From NCBI GenBank assembly GCA_965218585.1, contig CBDCLE010000009.1:1-64000 (forward strand): a stretch of 64,000 nt of DNA. The letters are read 5' to 3'. A model generated the notes under the pieces. That model saw nothing but the letters and a program-made list of their open reading frames with translations. It searched no databases and was not told the DNA's origin. Each line of letters begins with the position of its first letter. Within the stretch, counting starts at the first letter, position 1. The position numbers and the translations under genes are program-made. This DNA comes from Terriglobia bacterium (GTDB taxonomy: Bacteria; Acidobacteriota; Terriglobia; 20CM-2-55-15). Positions 21,490-31,623 of this stretch are shown in pieces.

Positions 21490-22332
21490 ATGATGAAGCT
21501 GAGAATCTCGGAGCGTCGCCGTAAGCTGCCCCTTGTCGGGGCTATGATGTGTCTTGTCTTCCTCGTGACGATGGCGAGCGACGGGTACGCCGCCCAACGG
21601 GGACTCGAGCCGGGCCAGCCTCCAACGCCTCGTGAAATGGCGCCGATGGACATTACCGGTTACTGGGTCGCGGTCATCACCGAAGATTGGCGTGTCCGTA
21701 TGATCACGCCGCCCAGAGGCGACTTTCTCAGTATTCCGCTCAACGATGCCGGCATTGAGATGGCCCTGGCCTGGGACCCCGAAGCGGATATTGCGAACGG
21801 TTTGGAATGCAAGGCGTTTGGTGCCGCCGCGATCATGCGGATGCCGACTCGCATCCACATTACCTGGGAAGACGAAGACACGCTGCAATTCGATTTTGAT
21901 TACGGGCAACAGACGCGCCTGGCGCATTTTGATGCGTCTACGCCGTTAGGCGAGCGATCGTGGCAGGGACAGGCCCTCGCCGAGTGGATCAACACCGAGC
22001 AACCGAGAGGCCGTGGCGCGGCTCCACCGGATCCGTCCCAACGGCCCGGGGGCTTGCAGCTGGTGACGACGAATCTGCTGCCCCAGTACCAGCGACAGAA
22101 CGGCATTCCCGTCAGCGAGAATGCCGTTGTTATGAATATCATGGATCTGGTTCCTGGCCCGGGCGGCCAAGACTGGTTGATCGTCAAGACCGAGATCGAT
22201 GACCCGGAGTATATGACGGCCGCCAGAACGACCAGTGTTCAGTTCAAGCGAGAGCCGGACGACTCCAACTGGTATCCGGAACCCTGCCAGGTAGAACTGC
22301 CTCCAACGCCGCGCATTCGCGTACCGCGCTAA
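21490..22332 (+). CDS. Secreted hypothetical protein, family C copy 2
   Basis: Family C motifs; very similar to copy 1; GAGG RBS. Confidence 0.88.
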   Translation: MMKLRISERRRKLPLVGAMMCLVFLVTMASDGYAAQRGLEPGQPPTPREMAPMDITGYWVAVITEDWRVRMITPPRGDFLSIPLNDAGIEMALAWDPEADIANGLECKAFGAAAIMRMPTRIHITWEDEDTLQFDFDYGQQTRLAHFDASTPLGERSWQGQALAEWINTEQPRGRGAAPPDPSQRPGGLQLVTTNLLPQYQRQNGIPVSENAVVMNIMDLVPGPGGQDWLIVKTEIDDPEYMTAARTTSVQFKREPDDSNWYPEPCQVELPPTPRIRVPR

Positions 22333-22452
22333 TCTCCAATCGGCGAGCCGTTCTCGAGTAGCTTCCGAAGGTTGAAACTGGGCCCGAGAAGTGATTCAAT
22401 CGTCCTGCATCGCGATGTGCGCCTATGCATACGCGATCGATGGAGGTTTTCG

Positions 22453-22890
22453 ATGAGTCTGAAGCTTGAGACGCGTGCAGTCGGGGATGTGACCGTGCTC
22501 GACGTCTCGGGAAGAATCACTGCCGGCGACGGGTCCGATATCTTTCGCCAGGCGATACGGGATCAGGTAGCTCAGGGCAGCAAGAACATCCTGCTCAATC
22601 TGGAAGAGGTGTCCTACATCGACAGCAGCGGTCTGGGAGAGTTGGTTCTGGGACACGGGACGGTGACACAGAACATATGTGACGCGTGCGGGGCGTCGGT
22701 CTTTCAGAACGATCAAGGTGAATGGGACCCCTGCCCACAGTGCCAATCCAAGGGCCGCACAGCCTGGGGACGTCTCAAGTTGACCAACCTCAACAGCCAG
22801 GTTCGTGAACTGCTGGAGTTTTCTCGCCTGAACAATGTGTTCGACATCCACGAATCCGAAGAACTCGCGATCCAGAGTTTCGGATCTTAA
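22453..22890 (+). CDS. STAS-domain anti-sigma factor antagonist with an inserted Cys4 ribbon
   Basis: VLDVSGRI, LLNLEEVSYIDSSGLGELV, LKLTNL, EELAIQSF; insert CDAC-x14-CPQC. Confidence 0.85.
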   Translation: MSLKLETRAVGDVTVLDVSGRITAGDGSDIFRQAIRDQVAQGSKNILLNLEEVSYIDSSGLGELVLGHGTVTQNICDACGASVFQNDQGEWDPCPQCQSKGRTAWGRLKLTNLNSQVRELLEFSRLNNVFDIHESEELAIQSFGS

Positions 22891-22954
22891 ATTTTTTCCA
22901 ACCCTCCCACGTTTCTTCAATCAACCTGGATTTCAGATAAGGAGAGAAGCGAAG

Positions 22955-23458
22955 GTGAGACCCACTCCCGGAAACGCTTCGACAGCGCCCGCTGAGTTCA
23001 TAGAAGCCTCACGAACTTTGCTGTCTGAGGATTATCTTCCCAAACTTCGGAGAATCGCCGGCATGATTTCAGAGGAAGACGTCTGGTGGCGTCCGAACGA
23101 GGCCAGCAACAGCGTGGGCAACCTGCTTCTGCATATGTCCGGAAATCTGGGGCAGTGGATTGTCAGCGGAGTTGGGGGTGCCCCCGATGACCGGGACCGG
23201 CCTTCCGAGTTCGCCGCCAGGGAGGAGCGAGGGTTAGAAGAGTTGATGGCCTTGGTTGAAGCGACGGTCAGTGATGTCGATCGAACGCTGGCCGATGTGA
23301 GGGAAGCGACGCTCGTGGAGAGGGTCACGGTTCAGGGGTTCTCTGTCACTCGATTGCATGCCGTTTATCATTCCATTGAACATTTCGGATACCACCTGGG
23401 CCAGATCGCCTACATCGCGAAACTCCCTACAGGTAAGGATTTCGGAATATTCCCGTAG
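22955..23458 (+). CDS. DinB/DUF1572 family protein
   Basis: WWRPNEASNSVGNLLLH, RDR-SEF, H--EHF-YHLGQI. Confidence 0.85.
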   Translation: MRPTPGNASTAPAEFIEASRTLLSEDYLPKLRRIAGMISEEDVWWRPNEASNSVGNLLLHMSGNLGQWIVSGVGGAPDDRDRPSEFAAREERGLEELMALVEATVSDVDRTLADVREATLVERVTVQGFSVTRLHAVYHSIEHFGYHLGQIAYIAKLPTGKDFGIFP

Positions 23459-23460
23459 AA

Positions 23461-23485
23461 CTGTAGGTGCGGTCTATGACCGCAC
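23461..23485 (+). repeat. GTAG-type REP
   Basis: CTGTAG-GTGCGGTC-TAT-GACCGCAC hairpin; recurs several times in the window. Confidence 0.8.
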
Positions 23486-23596
23486 GTCTTATATGTAGAA
23501 TCACCGATTCTTCAGCGACAGATGCCGCGTACAGGAGAAGGTGGTGCGTTTTACGCCTTCCGAGAGCGCAGGTATAATAACGTTCCAGGCAGATAC

Positions 23597-23668
23597 GGCG
23601 CCGTACCCAAGCGGTAAGGGAGAGGTCTGCAAAACCTTTATGCACCGGTTCGAATCCGGTCGGCGCCT
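23597..23668 (+). tRNA. tRNA-Cys (GCA); CCA not encoded
   Basis: GGCGCCG/CGGCGCC acceptor stem, anticodon arm AGGT-CTGCAAA-ACCT, T-loop GGTTCGAATCC. Confidence 0.95.
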
Positions 23669-23680
23669 TTCTTCCCCTCC

Positions 23681-24835
23681 TCACTCCTTCCGACAAACGA
23701 AATGGTCGACTTCGGATGTATCGGTGATAGTCCGAAAACCGGACACACGCAGCATCGCTTTTAGACAACTTTGCGTTGCGATCCACCAGTTACTTTCATC
23801 ACTGTTGAATGACTTTTCGAGGAAGTACAGCCTGGGGAATTTGGGGTCTTCAAGAAAAGTGTCGTCACTGTACTCGTAGTTGGCTTCCGGCTCAAAGTCT
23901 CCTGCAGGCCCGCGTGTGACGCTCTGAAAAATCAGGGTATCCTTGCAGACGTTAGCCACCTTTTCCAGCGCGTAGAGAGGATGCTTCAGGTGGTAGAGAA
24001 CACCGACAAACAGCACGTAATCGAAATTTACGCCAAGCGACTCAACGTCGTACACGTCCAGAAGGCGAGGTTCCAGCGGAAGATCAAACCAATAGGACGC
24101 AAATCGTGCCTGGCCGACCAGGTGTGCCATGAAATCAATCGAAATAACTCTTTCCGCGCCGCGCTTCTTCATCTCCAACGAGAGGTAGCCCGAGTTGCAG
24201 CCAATGTCGAGAACAGTCTTTCCTCGAAGATCTTTCGGAACGAACGGTTCGAGGATACGCCAGCGTCTGGCCGGATAATCCGGATCGTCGGGATTGGTAT
24301 CGATGCCCGAGAAGTTCAGGTTGTGGTACCAGGGTCCCAATTTTTCCATCATTTCTACGAGTTCTTCTCTGGCCTCGCTCGAACCCGATTCCACCCGGCG
24401 CCGTAGTTCCTGGACCAGGGTGCGGAATTGCTTCAACGCGCCTCCAGCCTCGACCTGCTCGGCCCAGAGCGGAGACTCGTCATTCAGTTCGGTCTCAGCC
24501 ATTTCCGCTTCCGTCGGCCAGCCCTGGGAGTGCCACGTATTCAGAGCGAGTTGGTATACGAGTTCCGCTTCATGAAACTCATGGATCAGGCGATAGAGCG
24601 AGGCACGGTTGCTTGAACTCTGAGCAACTCTCGGGTGGCCCGGCCCCAGCGTTCGTTCCCAGATCGCAATCGACTGCCTGTAGAGGTCATCGGCCTCACC
24701 AAACCGAGAGAGTGACTGATAAACGACTGCAAGGTTGTTCAGGCGCGACGCATGTTGAGGCGATTCCTTCATGTTCTCGGGCATCGACTCGACTAAGTTA
24801 CGTGCGGGATCCAGCATCTCGGTGGCGTTATTCAT
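23681..24835 (-). CDS. TPR-containing SAM-dependent methyltransferase (DUF1698/TIGR04290-like C-terminal domain)
   Basis: N-terminal LNNLA-VY...LGPGHP-VA TPRs; PWYHNL, LRGKTVLDIGCNSG, FDYVLFVGVLYHLKHP, NWW. Confidence 0.8.
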   Translation of the reverse strand: MNNATEMLDPARNLVESMPENMKESPQHASRLNNLAVVYQSLSRFGEADDLYRQSIAIWERTLGPGHPRVAQSSSNRASLYRLIHEFHEAELVYQLALNTWHSQGWPTEAEMAETELNDESPLWAEQVEAGGALKQFRTLVQELRRRVESGSSEAREELVEMMEKLGPWYHNLNFSGIDTNPDDPDYPARRWRILEPFVPKDLRGKTVLDIGCNSGYLSLEMKKRGAERVISIDFMAHLVGQARFASYWFDLPLEPRLLDVYDVESLGVNFDYVLFVGVLYHLKHPLYALEKVANVCKDTLIFQSVTRGPAGDFEPEANYEYSDDTFLEDPKFPRLYFLEKSFNSDESNWWIATQSCLKAMLRVSGFRTITDTSEVDHFVCRKE

Positions 24836-24942
24836 CGACCCTCCGGCTGGGAGTTTACCAACCGATCCCGACCATTTCCACAGCCGGACCCGAGTGTTTG
24901 GAGCCAGTTGTTGTCAGAAGCATGAAAATTACTTCGTAATTG

Positions 24943-24970
24943 AAAAAGCCCGGCCAGGAGCCGGGCTTTT
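24943..24970 (-). terminator. Rho-independent terminator after MBL copy 3
   Basis: AAAAAGCCCGGC-CAGGA-GCCGGGCTTTT. Confidence 0.7.
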
Positions 24971-24992
24971 CTAGTATGGGAATGAGTTCGTA

Positions 24993-25982
24993 CTACTCGC
25001 TTCGGCTGACGCCTCGATAGACAGCCTCGATAAACATATCCGTCGTCCAGGTCCCGGTGTCGGAACCGTATCGAGCGTCATAATCCAGGGTCGGTCGGGC
25101 GGCCTTCACTTCCTCCAGCGTCATGCCTTTTTCGGCCAGGTCCTGAATCCGGTCGCGGATCATAGTAACCATGTACCTGTAGTAGGCGACGTCGCCCTGG
25201 TCTAAAAGCCGGCCGCGGCCGGGGATGATCAGGGTGCCGTCTTCCTCGAGATACTGGACCACCGCGATTTCGGTAATCTTGTTCAGGGCTGCGACGACGC
25301 CGTTGATGCTGCCGCCGCTGGCCTCGTCGATAAAGGGGTAGCGCGTCGTGTCGATGACGTCGCCCGTACTGATGACGTCAGACCTTCGGAAAAACACCAC
25401 ACTGTCGCCATCGGTGTGGGCTTCGGGCTGGTGAAAGATTTCGACGGCTTCGCCGTTGAAGTAGAATTCGTGCCTGCCTATAAAATACGAATCCGTCGGC
25501 GTCGCCTCATACGGCAGAGACACGTCGGTGGCTCTGACGATCCTTAAGAAAGCGTTCTCATGCGTAAGGATCGCGGCCCCTTCCCGGCCCGAGAAGTTGC
25601 CGCCGAGTATCGCGTCACCCGTGAACCGGAGCGTCGGAACACCCCCGACGGCGTCTTCGTGGTTGTGAGTGAGAATGATCTGGCGAATGGGTGCATCGGA
25701 AAATTCACGGATGGCTGCGAGCGCCCCATCGCTCATCGATCCACTTCCCGAATCCACAAGCAACAGTCCGTCCCGACCCATTTGAACCGTGATGTTGCTG
25801 CCAGCACCGCTCACCATGTAAATATTGTCCCGGACCGGGATCACTCTGATCTCTTGCCCGCCGGCGGCGGAGCCTTGACCGGGGGCAGCATGGACATTCA
25901 TTCCCGTGAGGGCCCACACGAGCACCAAGGCCATCGTCGCTGAGAGTCTGAGTCGTGTTTTCGTCATAATTCTCTTCTGCAC
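24993..25982 (-). CDS. Secreted MBL-fold protein, copy 3, with a degenerate metal site
   Basis: GSNIT, LVDSG, AHTDGD, STGD, RPTLDYD; has THNHEDA and IPGRG instead of HxHxDH and PGHG. Confidence 0.88.
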   Translation of the reverse strand: MQKRIMTKTRLRLSATMALVLVWALTGMNVHAAPGQGSAAGGQEIRVIPVRDNIYMVSGAGSNITVQMGRDGLLLVDSGSGSMSDGALAAIREFSDAPIRQIILTHNHEDAVGGVPTLRFTGDAILGGNFSGREGAAILTHENAFLRIVRATDVSLPYEATPTDSYFIGRHEFYFNGEAVEIFHQPEAHTDGDSVVFFRRSDVISTGDVIDTTRYPFIDEASGGSINGVVAALNKITEIAVVQYLEEDGTLIIPGRGRLLDQGDVAYYRYMVTMIRDRIQDLAEKGMTLEEVKAARPTLDYDARYGSDTGTWTTDMFIEAVYRGVSRSE

Positions 25983-26004
25983 GCTGGCTTTTCCTGCTCG
26001 GGTT

Positions 26005-26847
26005 CTATTTCAGTTCTTCCCTGTACTCGGGAAGCAGCGTTCTCGCACCGCCCCTGGCGGCTTCTATCGGCACTCCGTGAAGTTCGGCCCAGTCAAAGAG
26101 ATCGGGATTCTGACCCGGCAGCCAATGCGGCATCAGGTCGATGGGGCGATCGACCTCTACGGCCGCCACGCAGGGATAGGGAGTCAGCTGCCGTTGGAGG
26201 TCCTGGACGTAGGTCCGGCTGTGAATCATGGGTTCTTCGAAATAGATGGGGTCGTTGATGACCGTGATCCAAGTCAGCCTGTCTCCATGGCGCATGATGT
26301 GCTCTGTCAGAACGGCCTGGTCGGAATGCTCGATGCCGCTTCGCGTGACGCGGTTTTCTTTGAGGTGTGTCGTCGTGATCGTCAGCTTATTCCCATCCCA
26401 TTCTCCGGTTGAGAAACCGGACCACGTGTGCCGCGCCTCTGCCGGGGGGTGGGGGCGTCCGTCGAGCCAGACGTCACGCATCACACGGTAGAAATGGAGA
26501 TCCAGATTCAGCGCGATGACCTCCTGGGTGACCTCGTCCACGACAGGCATCATCCGGACGGTTCCCGCGTTCTGCCAATAGGCGGCCCCGTGGGGGATGC
26601 ACTGAAATTCTGGAACGGTATTGCGAGACTCCATCCATGCATCGGCATGCATACGACCTGCGTCGTTAATGGGATGTCCGGTGTAATCGCCAACGGCGGG
26701 CCCCGAGATGCGGTACAGAGTGCCGTCTTCGTGGACCACGTTGTTCCAGGTTCCAGATAAGTCGGTCTGCGCAAACGCCGGGCCCCGGGCCCAAATCATT
26801 ACAAACAGCAGAAGACATATAATCCTTACACCCTTCGTCCAATCCAT
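26005..26847 (-). CDS. Secreted hypothetical protein, divergent family A copy 3 (Cys-containing)
   Basis: DLSGTW, GDYTGHPINDAG, CIPH, VWLDGRPHPP, GFSTG, ITTTHLK, RHGDRLT, DPIYFEEP, LLPEYR. Confidence 0.85.
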   Translation of the reverse strand: MDWTKGVRIICLLLFVMIWARGPAFAQTDLSGTWNNVVHEDGTLYRISGPAVGDYTGHPINDAGRMHADAWMESRNTVPEFQCIPHGAAYWQNAGTVRMMPVVDEVTQEVIALNLDLHFYRVMRDVWLDGRPHPPAEARHTWSGFSTGEWDGNKLTITTTHLKENRVTRSGIEHSDQAVLTEHIMRHGDRLTWITVINDPIYFEEPMIHSRTYVQDLQRQLTPYPCVAAVEVDRPIDLMPHWLPGQNPDLFDWAELHGVPIEAARGGARTLLPEYREELK

Positions 26848-26985
26848 CGTGTCCTCCTTCTAAAATTCCGGATGGGTCATCATGGAGACGGTCCCCAGCC
26901 GCCCAGGTCGTATAATCGACATCACGATACGCCACAAGACGATGGTAATCAATATTCATGACAGACGTGTCGCAAATGGAGTAAA

Positions 26986-27012
26986 TTGACCAGCGCTTAC
27001 CCGTGGGTAAGC
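26986..27012. promoter_or_regulatory. Inverted-repeat operator candidate in a divergent promoter
   Basis: GCTTACCC-GT-GGGTAAGC (26995-27012) just after TTGACC. Confidence 0.5.
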
Positions 27013-27063
27013 ACTTCGGCACACTTATTTCGAAAAATGCTTTCCTGTTCCTGGAGAAGAAGA

Positions 27064-27864
27064 ATGGACAAGAGAACCGTAGCAACGTCCGCCATGACCA
27101 TGGCGCTGTCCTTGTTTATGTTGGCCGAACCTGGCCATGCCCAACGGGGGAGAGGCGGAGGAGGACGGGGTGGGCCCCCACCGGTAGCCGAGCAGGCAGC
27201 GCCGATCGATCTGACCGGGTACTGGGTGTCCATCATCAATGAGGATTGGCGTTGGCGCATGATGACTCCACGACCGGGTGACTACATCAGCGTTCCGCTC
27301 AACGATGCCGGGACCGAAATGGCCGATAGTTGGGACCTCGACGCGGACGTTCGGAATGGGAACCAGTGCCGTCCATTCGGCGTGGGTGGCATCATGCGTG
27401 TGCCCGGCAGGCTGAATATTACCTGGCAGGATCCGGAAACTCTTCGGATCGAAATCGATGCCGGCACGCAGACCCGCCTCCTACACTTCGGGGACGTCGC
27501 CGCTGGGGAGGAAACCACCCTGCAGGGCCACTCGATGGCGACGTGGGAATTCACCGGGGGAGGAAGAGGCCGGCCACCCACCGGCGGCACTCTCAACATT
27601 GTGACCACGGGGATGGAAATGGGCTACTTGCGTTGGAACGGTGTTCCTTACAGCGAGGACGCGGTCGTTACGGAGTATTTTGATCGCCACGGTGCGTTCG
27701 GTCAGGAGTGGATAACCGTCACCACTATGGTCGAGGACCCGACGTATCTGACCCAGCCTTTCATCGTGACTTCGGACTTTCGGAAGGAAGCCGACGGTTC
27801 GAACTGGAACGCGACGCCGTGCGAAACTACGCCGCCGGCGCCGGAGTCTGGCCTTGCGCCCTAA
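27064..27864 (+). CDS. Secreted hypothetical protein, family C copy 3 (divergent)
   Basis: PIDLTGYWVSIINEDWRWRM, PLNDAG, CRPFG, RWNGVPYSE, EDPTY, PC. Confidence 0.88.
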   Translation: MDKRTVATSAMTMALSLFMLAEPGHAQRGRGGGGRGGPPPVAEQAAPIDLTGYWVSIINEDWRWRMMTPRPGDYISVPLNDAGTEMADSWDLDADVRNGNQCRPFGVGGIMRVPGRLNITWQDPETLRIEIDAGTQTRLLHFGDVAAGEETTLQGHSMATWEFTGGGRGRPPTGGTLNIVTTGMEMGYLRWNGVPYSEDAVVTEYFDRHGAFGQEWITVTTMVEDPTYLTQPFIVTSDFRKEADGSNWNATPCETTPPAPESGLAP

Positions 27865-27882
27865 GAAAAGTATCTCTTCGGG

Positions 27883-27910
27883 AAGCCCGGCATCCAGCCG
27901 GGCTTTTTTT
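27883..27910 (+). terminator. Rho-independent terminator
   Basis: AAGCCCGGC-ATCCA-GCCGGGCTTTTTTT. Confidence 0.8.
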
Positions 27911-27981
27911 AGTGTCCGTTTCGATTGTTACCCGTAGCGGTCAGTGATTCTTCCAGTGCCGCACGCTGGTTTCGGGAACGA

Positions 27982-28824
27982 ATGAACACCGGTTCCATAT
28001 TTGAGAATGACTACACGGTTCTGAAAGAGTGCCGGCACGGCTTTTTCCTCTTCAATAAGAACGACAACTTTATCGGCCGCTCTCTCGACATTTACGGAGA
28101 GTGGTGCGAAGGGGAACTGGCGACTCTGTTCCAGGTCCTCAAGCCCGGGCATTTCGTGATCGATGTGGGTGCAAACATTGGCACACACACCATTCCGTTT
28201 GCGAGAAAAGTCACAGAAACCGGCCTCGTCCTTGCTTTCGAACCTCAGCGCCAGGTCTTTAACTATCTGGGGGCGAACCTCCAGTTGAACAACCTGCTGC
28301 ACGTGGTGCCGTTCCAGAAGGCGGCCGGGAATGCTGCGGGCCAGGTGCACATTCCCCTGCGGGATCCGCGAATCGAATTCAACTTCGGAGGCGTTGACGT
28401 CGAGTCGGATCAGGAAGGAGAACCGGTAGACGTTATTGAACTGGACAGTCTGGGTCTCGAGCGCTGCGACATGATCAAAATCGATGTCGAAGGTATGGAA
28501 AGAAAAGTGATCGAAGGTGCGCAGGGGACGATCCGTAAGACGCGCCCGATTTTGTTTGTTGAAACCACGACGGTCAATCATCGTGAGGTCATAGAGATAT
28601 TGCGAGACTTCCGTTATGAGAATTGGTGGCACATAGCGACCTACTACAATCCGGAAAACTTCTTTGAGAATTCCGAGAACGTTTTTGCCGACATACACCC
28701 GGAAAGCAACCTGCTGTGTTTTCCGAGAGAGGCTTCCGTAAGCATCGATGGCCTGGAGAAAGTGCAGGGCGTGGACGATACATGGCGGTTGGCACTCGAA
28801 CGCATCCGGTCACGACTTGCATGA
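27982..28824 (+). CDS. FkbM family methyltransferase
   Basis: IGRSL-YGEW, IDVGANIG, AFEP, IKIDVEGME, RPILFVE. Confidence 0.88.
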   Translation: MNTGSIFENDYTVLKECRHGFFLFNKNDNFIGRSLDIYGEWCEGELATLFQVLKPGHFVIDVGANIGTHTIPFARKVTETGLVLAFEPQRQVFNYLGANLQLNNLLHVVPFQKAAGNAAGQVHIPLRDPRIEFNFGGVDVESDQEGEPVDVIELDSLGLERCDMIKIDVEGMERKVIEGAQGTIRKTRPILFVETTTVNHREVIEILRDFRYENWWHIATYYNPENFFENSENVFADIHPESNLLCFPREASVSIDGLEKVQGVDDTWRLALERIRSRLA

Positions 28825-29137
28825 CACGATCTTTAACCACTTGGCGAGAGCGCCCGACAGGGGACCGGAGTGCTCCAAACTCGCTCAAGTCGTTGGGACC
28901 TAAGGTTTTGCTTGCAGTACAGGGCTTTCCCAATAATAATGATTGGAAAATCGCGGTCGCTTGATTTGCCGCTTGATTTAAAGGATGAGTGGATCGATGG
29001 GAGTTACGACTCCCAAGTATCGTAGAATGTATTGTTTGGTGTGACGGATTTTCTGTTGCTAGTTCCATAGAAGTAAAGGCTTTCCGATACCCTTGCCCGG
29101 TATGGAGTCGGACTGCTGTTGGAGAACTTGGAGAACG

Positions 29138-30109
29138 ATGATGAGTATGGCGAAGGTGATCGGACTGATAAGTCTGTCCGTTCTCGTTGTGATGGCCATG
29201 GGGTTTGCTACCCAGTTGTCTGCTCAGAGGGGCGGCGGAGGTGCTGCCGGCGTAATCGATTTTTCTGGCGAGTGGGTCGACAACTCGTTTGAAGAGGACG
29301 ATCGCGGCGGGCCCCTCACTGCGGGTCCGAGTCGAGCGAACGGGCTCCAGCCCGATGCGTGGCTCGGCAACTACCTGGGCATACCGTACAACGATGCCGC
29401 AAGGCAGAAGGGCAATACCTTTGATCTTGGCATCTACTCCCATTCCGCATGGATATTCAGGCCGCACCCTGTTCAGTATTCGATGCGCGGCGTGATCAAC
29501 AACTGGAGGATGATGAAAGAAATACATCCGGTGACCGGCCAGTTAGTTGCGTATCGAATTACAGGTGGTTACAACCTCGACCGCGTCATCTGGATGGATG
29601 GACGTCCACGCCCGCCCGACTATTCTGAATACACCTACAACGGATTTTCGACCGGACGGTTCGAGCGCGGAATGCTAGTCGTGACGACCACGCACATGAA
29701 GCACGGCTACCATAAACGTAACGGCGCTCCGGCGAGCGATCAGGCGACGATGACCGAACACTTCATCCGCCACGGAGACCGGCTGACGATCGTGCAGTTC
29801 ACCGATGATCCAGTGTATCTCGAAGAGGCCTACGTTCGCACGGGGGATCACGTTCTGGTGCGCAATCGGCAGGCGGCAAGTCCGACCGGCCGAAGAAACG
29901 TCTGGAACGCGGCTGAAGAGGTCATATGGGACGAGGGCTATCTTCCGCATCACCCGTTGGGTACCCGGCACTCGCAGCTTTCCGATTGGCTCGGGATTCC
30001 CTTTGAGGCCACTCAAGGGGGGAGCGAAACGCTCTATCCTGAATACAGGCAAACATTGAAGCAGTTGATGAGCGAATCCGGGACAAGCGGATCCGACGGG
30101 GGGAGGTAG
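29138..30109 (+). CDS. Secreted hypothetical protein, family A copy 4
   Basis: Family A motifs; GGAG RBS; LSA|QRGGGG. Confidence 0.9.
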   Translation: MMSMAKVIGLISLSVLVVMAMGFATQLSAQRGGGGAAGVIDFSGEWVDNSFEEDDRGGPLTAGPSRANGLQPDAWLGNYLGIPYNDAARQKGNTFDLGIYSHSAWIFRPHPVQYSMRGVINNWRMMKEIHPVTGQLVAYRITGGYNLDRVIWMDGRPRPPDYSEYTYNGFSTGRFERGMLVVTTTHMKHGYHKRNGAPASDQATMTEHFIRHGDRLTIVQFTDDPVYLEEAYVRTGDHVLVRNRQAASPTGRRNVWNAAEEVIWDEGYLPHHPLGTRHSQLSDWLGIPFEATQGGSETLYPEYRQTLKQLMSESGTSGSDGGR

Positions 30110-30117
30110 GAGAGTCG

Positions 30118-31136
30118 ATGAAACGCGCCATGAAAGTGAAGATGAAGTGCGGGGCGGCCCGGTTGTTGTCCCTGGTGGTGACCCTTTGGGTCATCCTTGT
30201 GTTACCTGCTGATGCACAGCGGGCTCATCCCAGCGAGTCGCTGGGTGGAAATACTTCGATCGATGTCGTCCACGTACAGGGACAGGTCTACATGCTCATC
30301 ATCGGCGGCGTGGACGGAGTGAACGTCACGGCGCAGGTCGGCGAACAGGGGATTTTCCTCGTGGATTCGGGTCCGGCCGCGCTGGGCGATCAGTTGCTGG
30401 AAACCATCAGCGAGGAGTTCGACGGCAGGCCCGTCCGCTACCTGATCAATACCCACTCCCACGCCGATCACACCGGAGGCAATCTCGCGCTTGCAGAAGA
30501 GTTCGGGACCGAACTCAATAATCCAAACGCGTACGGTGGTGTCCGGATCGTGTCGCATCTGAACACGATCAATCGAGTGAGCGGATTCAGCCGGAACGAA
30601 AGGGACATCATTCCCGAGGTGGCGCGTCCCTATGCGGGATTTTTTCACCGAGAGAATGGATTTTTTACCTGAACGGCGAAGCGGTCGTGGCTCTCTCGAC
30701 GCCGCCTGCACACACCGATGGCGACGTGATGGTCTGGTTCAGAGGTTCCGACGTTCTCGCTTCGGGTGATGCTTTCGTAATGGGGCATTATCCGGTGATC
30801 GATGCCGACCGGGGTGGCAGTCTTTACGGCCTGATCGACGCCGCCACACAGATCGTGGACGACGTTGCCGTTTCAGAGATCTTTGCGAGTGGTGGGACGC
30901 GTATCGTCCCGGGCCACGGGCGCTTGACCAATGAGGCCGAAGTTCTGGACTACCTGCTGATGCTGTCCGTTGTCCGGGACCGCGTTCAGGAGATGGTCGA
31001 CGACGGGATGACGCTCGAGGAAGTCAAGACGGCACAGCCGACATTGGACTACGATGGTGTCTTCAAAGGAGACAGGGATTTCTGGACGGCGGAGATGTTT
31101 CTCGAGGCCGTCTACCAGGAAATTGCAGCGAACTGA
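30118..31136 (+). pseudogene. MBL-fold metallo-hydrolase, copy 4, split by two +1 T-homopolymer frameshifts
   Basis: T6 runs at 30640-30645 and 30661-30666; removing one T from each restores GFFTERMDFYLNGE, matching the paralogues; all metal motifs intact. Confidence 0.8.
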
Positions 31137-31190
31137 GTCGGGAAGTTTGAATTCGTAATTTTGAGTATTGTTCTTTAAGGAGGGAAAGAA

Positions 31191-31598
31191 ATGAACCGTT
31201 ATTGGGCTGTTTTTGGGATCGCAGTCGTGGCATTCCTCGCCAGCGGGATGGTGGCCTACTCGCACCATGCTGCCGCGGCTGTGTATGACATTGCGGATGA
31301 GGCCGAGATCGAAGGCGAACTCGTCCAGATTGCTCTCAGGAATCCTCATTCCTGGATCTGGGTGGATGTCGCCGATGCGAGTGGTGAAACCACACGCTGG
31401 GGCGTCGAATGGGGTGGTGCTCGCCAACTGCTGCAGCAGGGAGTCGATTCGTTCCGGGTTGGCGATGAAGTGGTCGTCCTGGGCAACCCTGGTCGAAACC
31501 CCAGGGACCGCCGGATGCTGATGCTTCAGATTGTTCGTCCGGCGGACGGGTATAGCTGGGGCACAGGTGAGGGCGAACAAATTCAAGGCGCTCGGTAA
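31191..31598 (+). CDS. DUF6152-like secreted protein (family D), copy 2
   Basis: AYS|HHA, RNPHS, WGVEWG, GNPGR. Confidence 0.8.
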   Translation: MNRYWAVFGIAVVAFLASGMVAYSHHAAAAVYDIADEAEIEGELVQIALRNPHSWIWVDVADASGETTRWGVEWGGARQLLQQGVDSFRVGDEVVVLGNPGRNPRDRRMLMLQIVRPADGYSWGTGEGEQIQGAR

Positions 31599-31623
31599 AA
31601 ACAGACTGAGGGGAGATCGAGGG

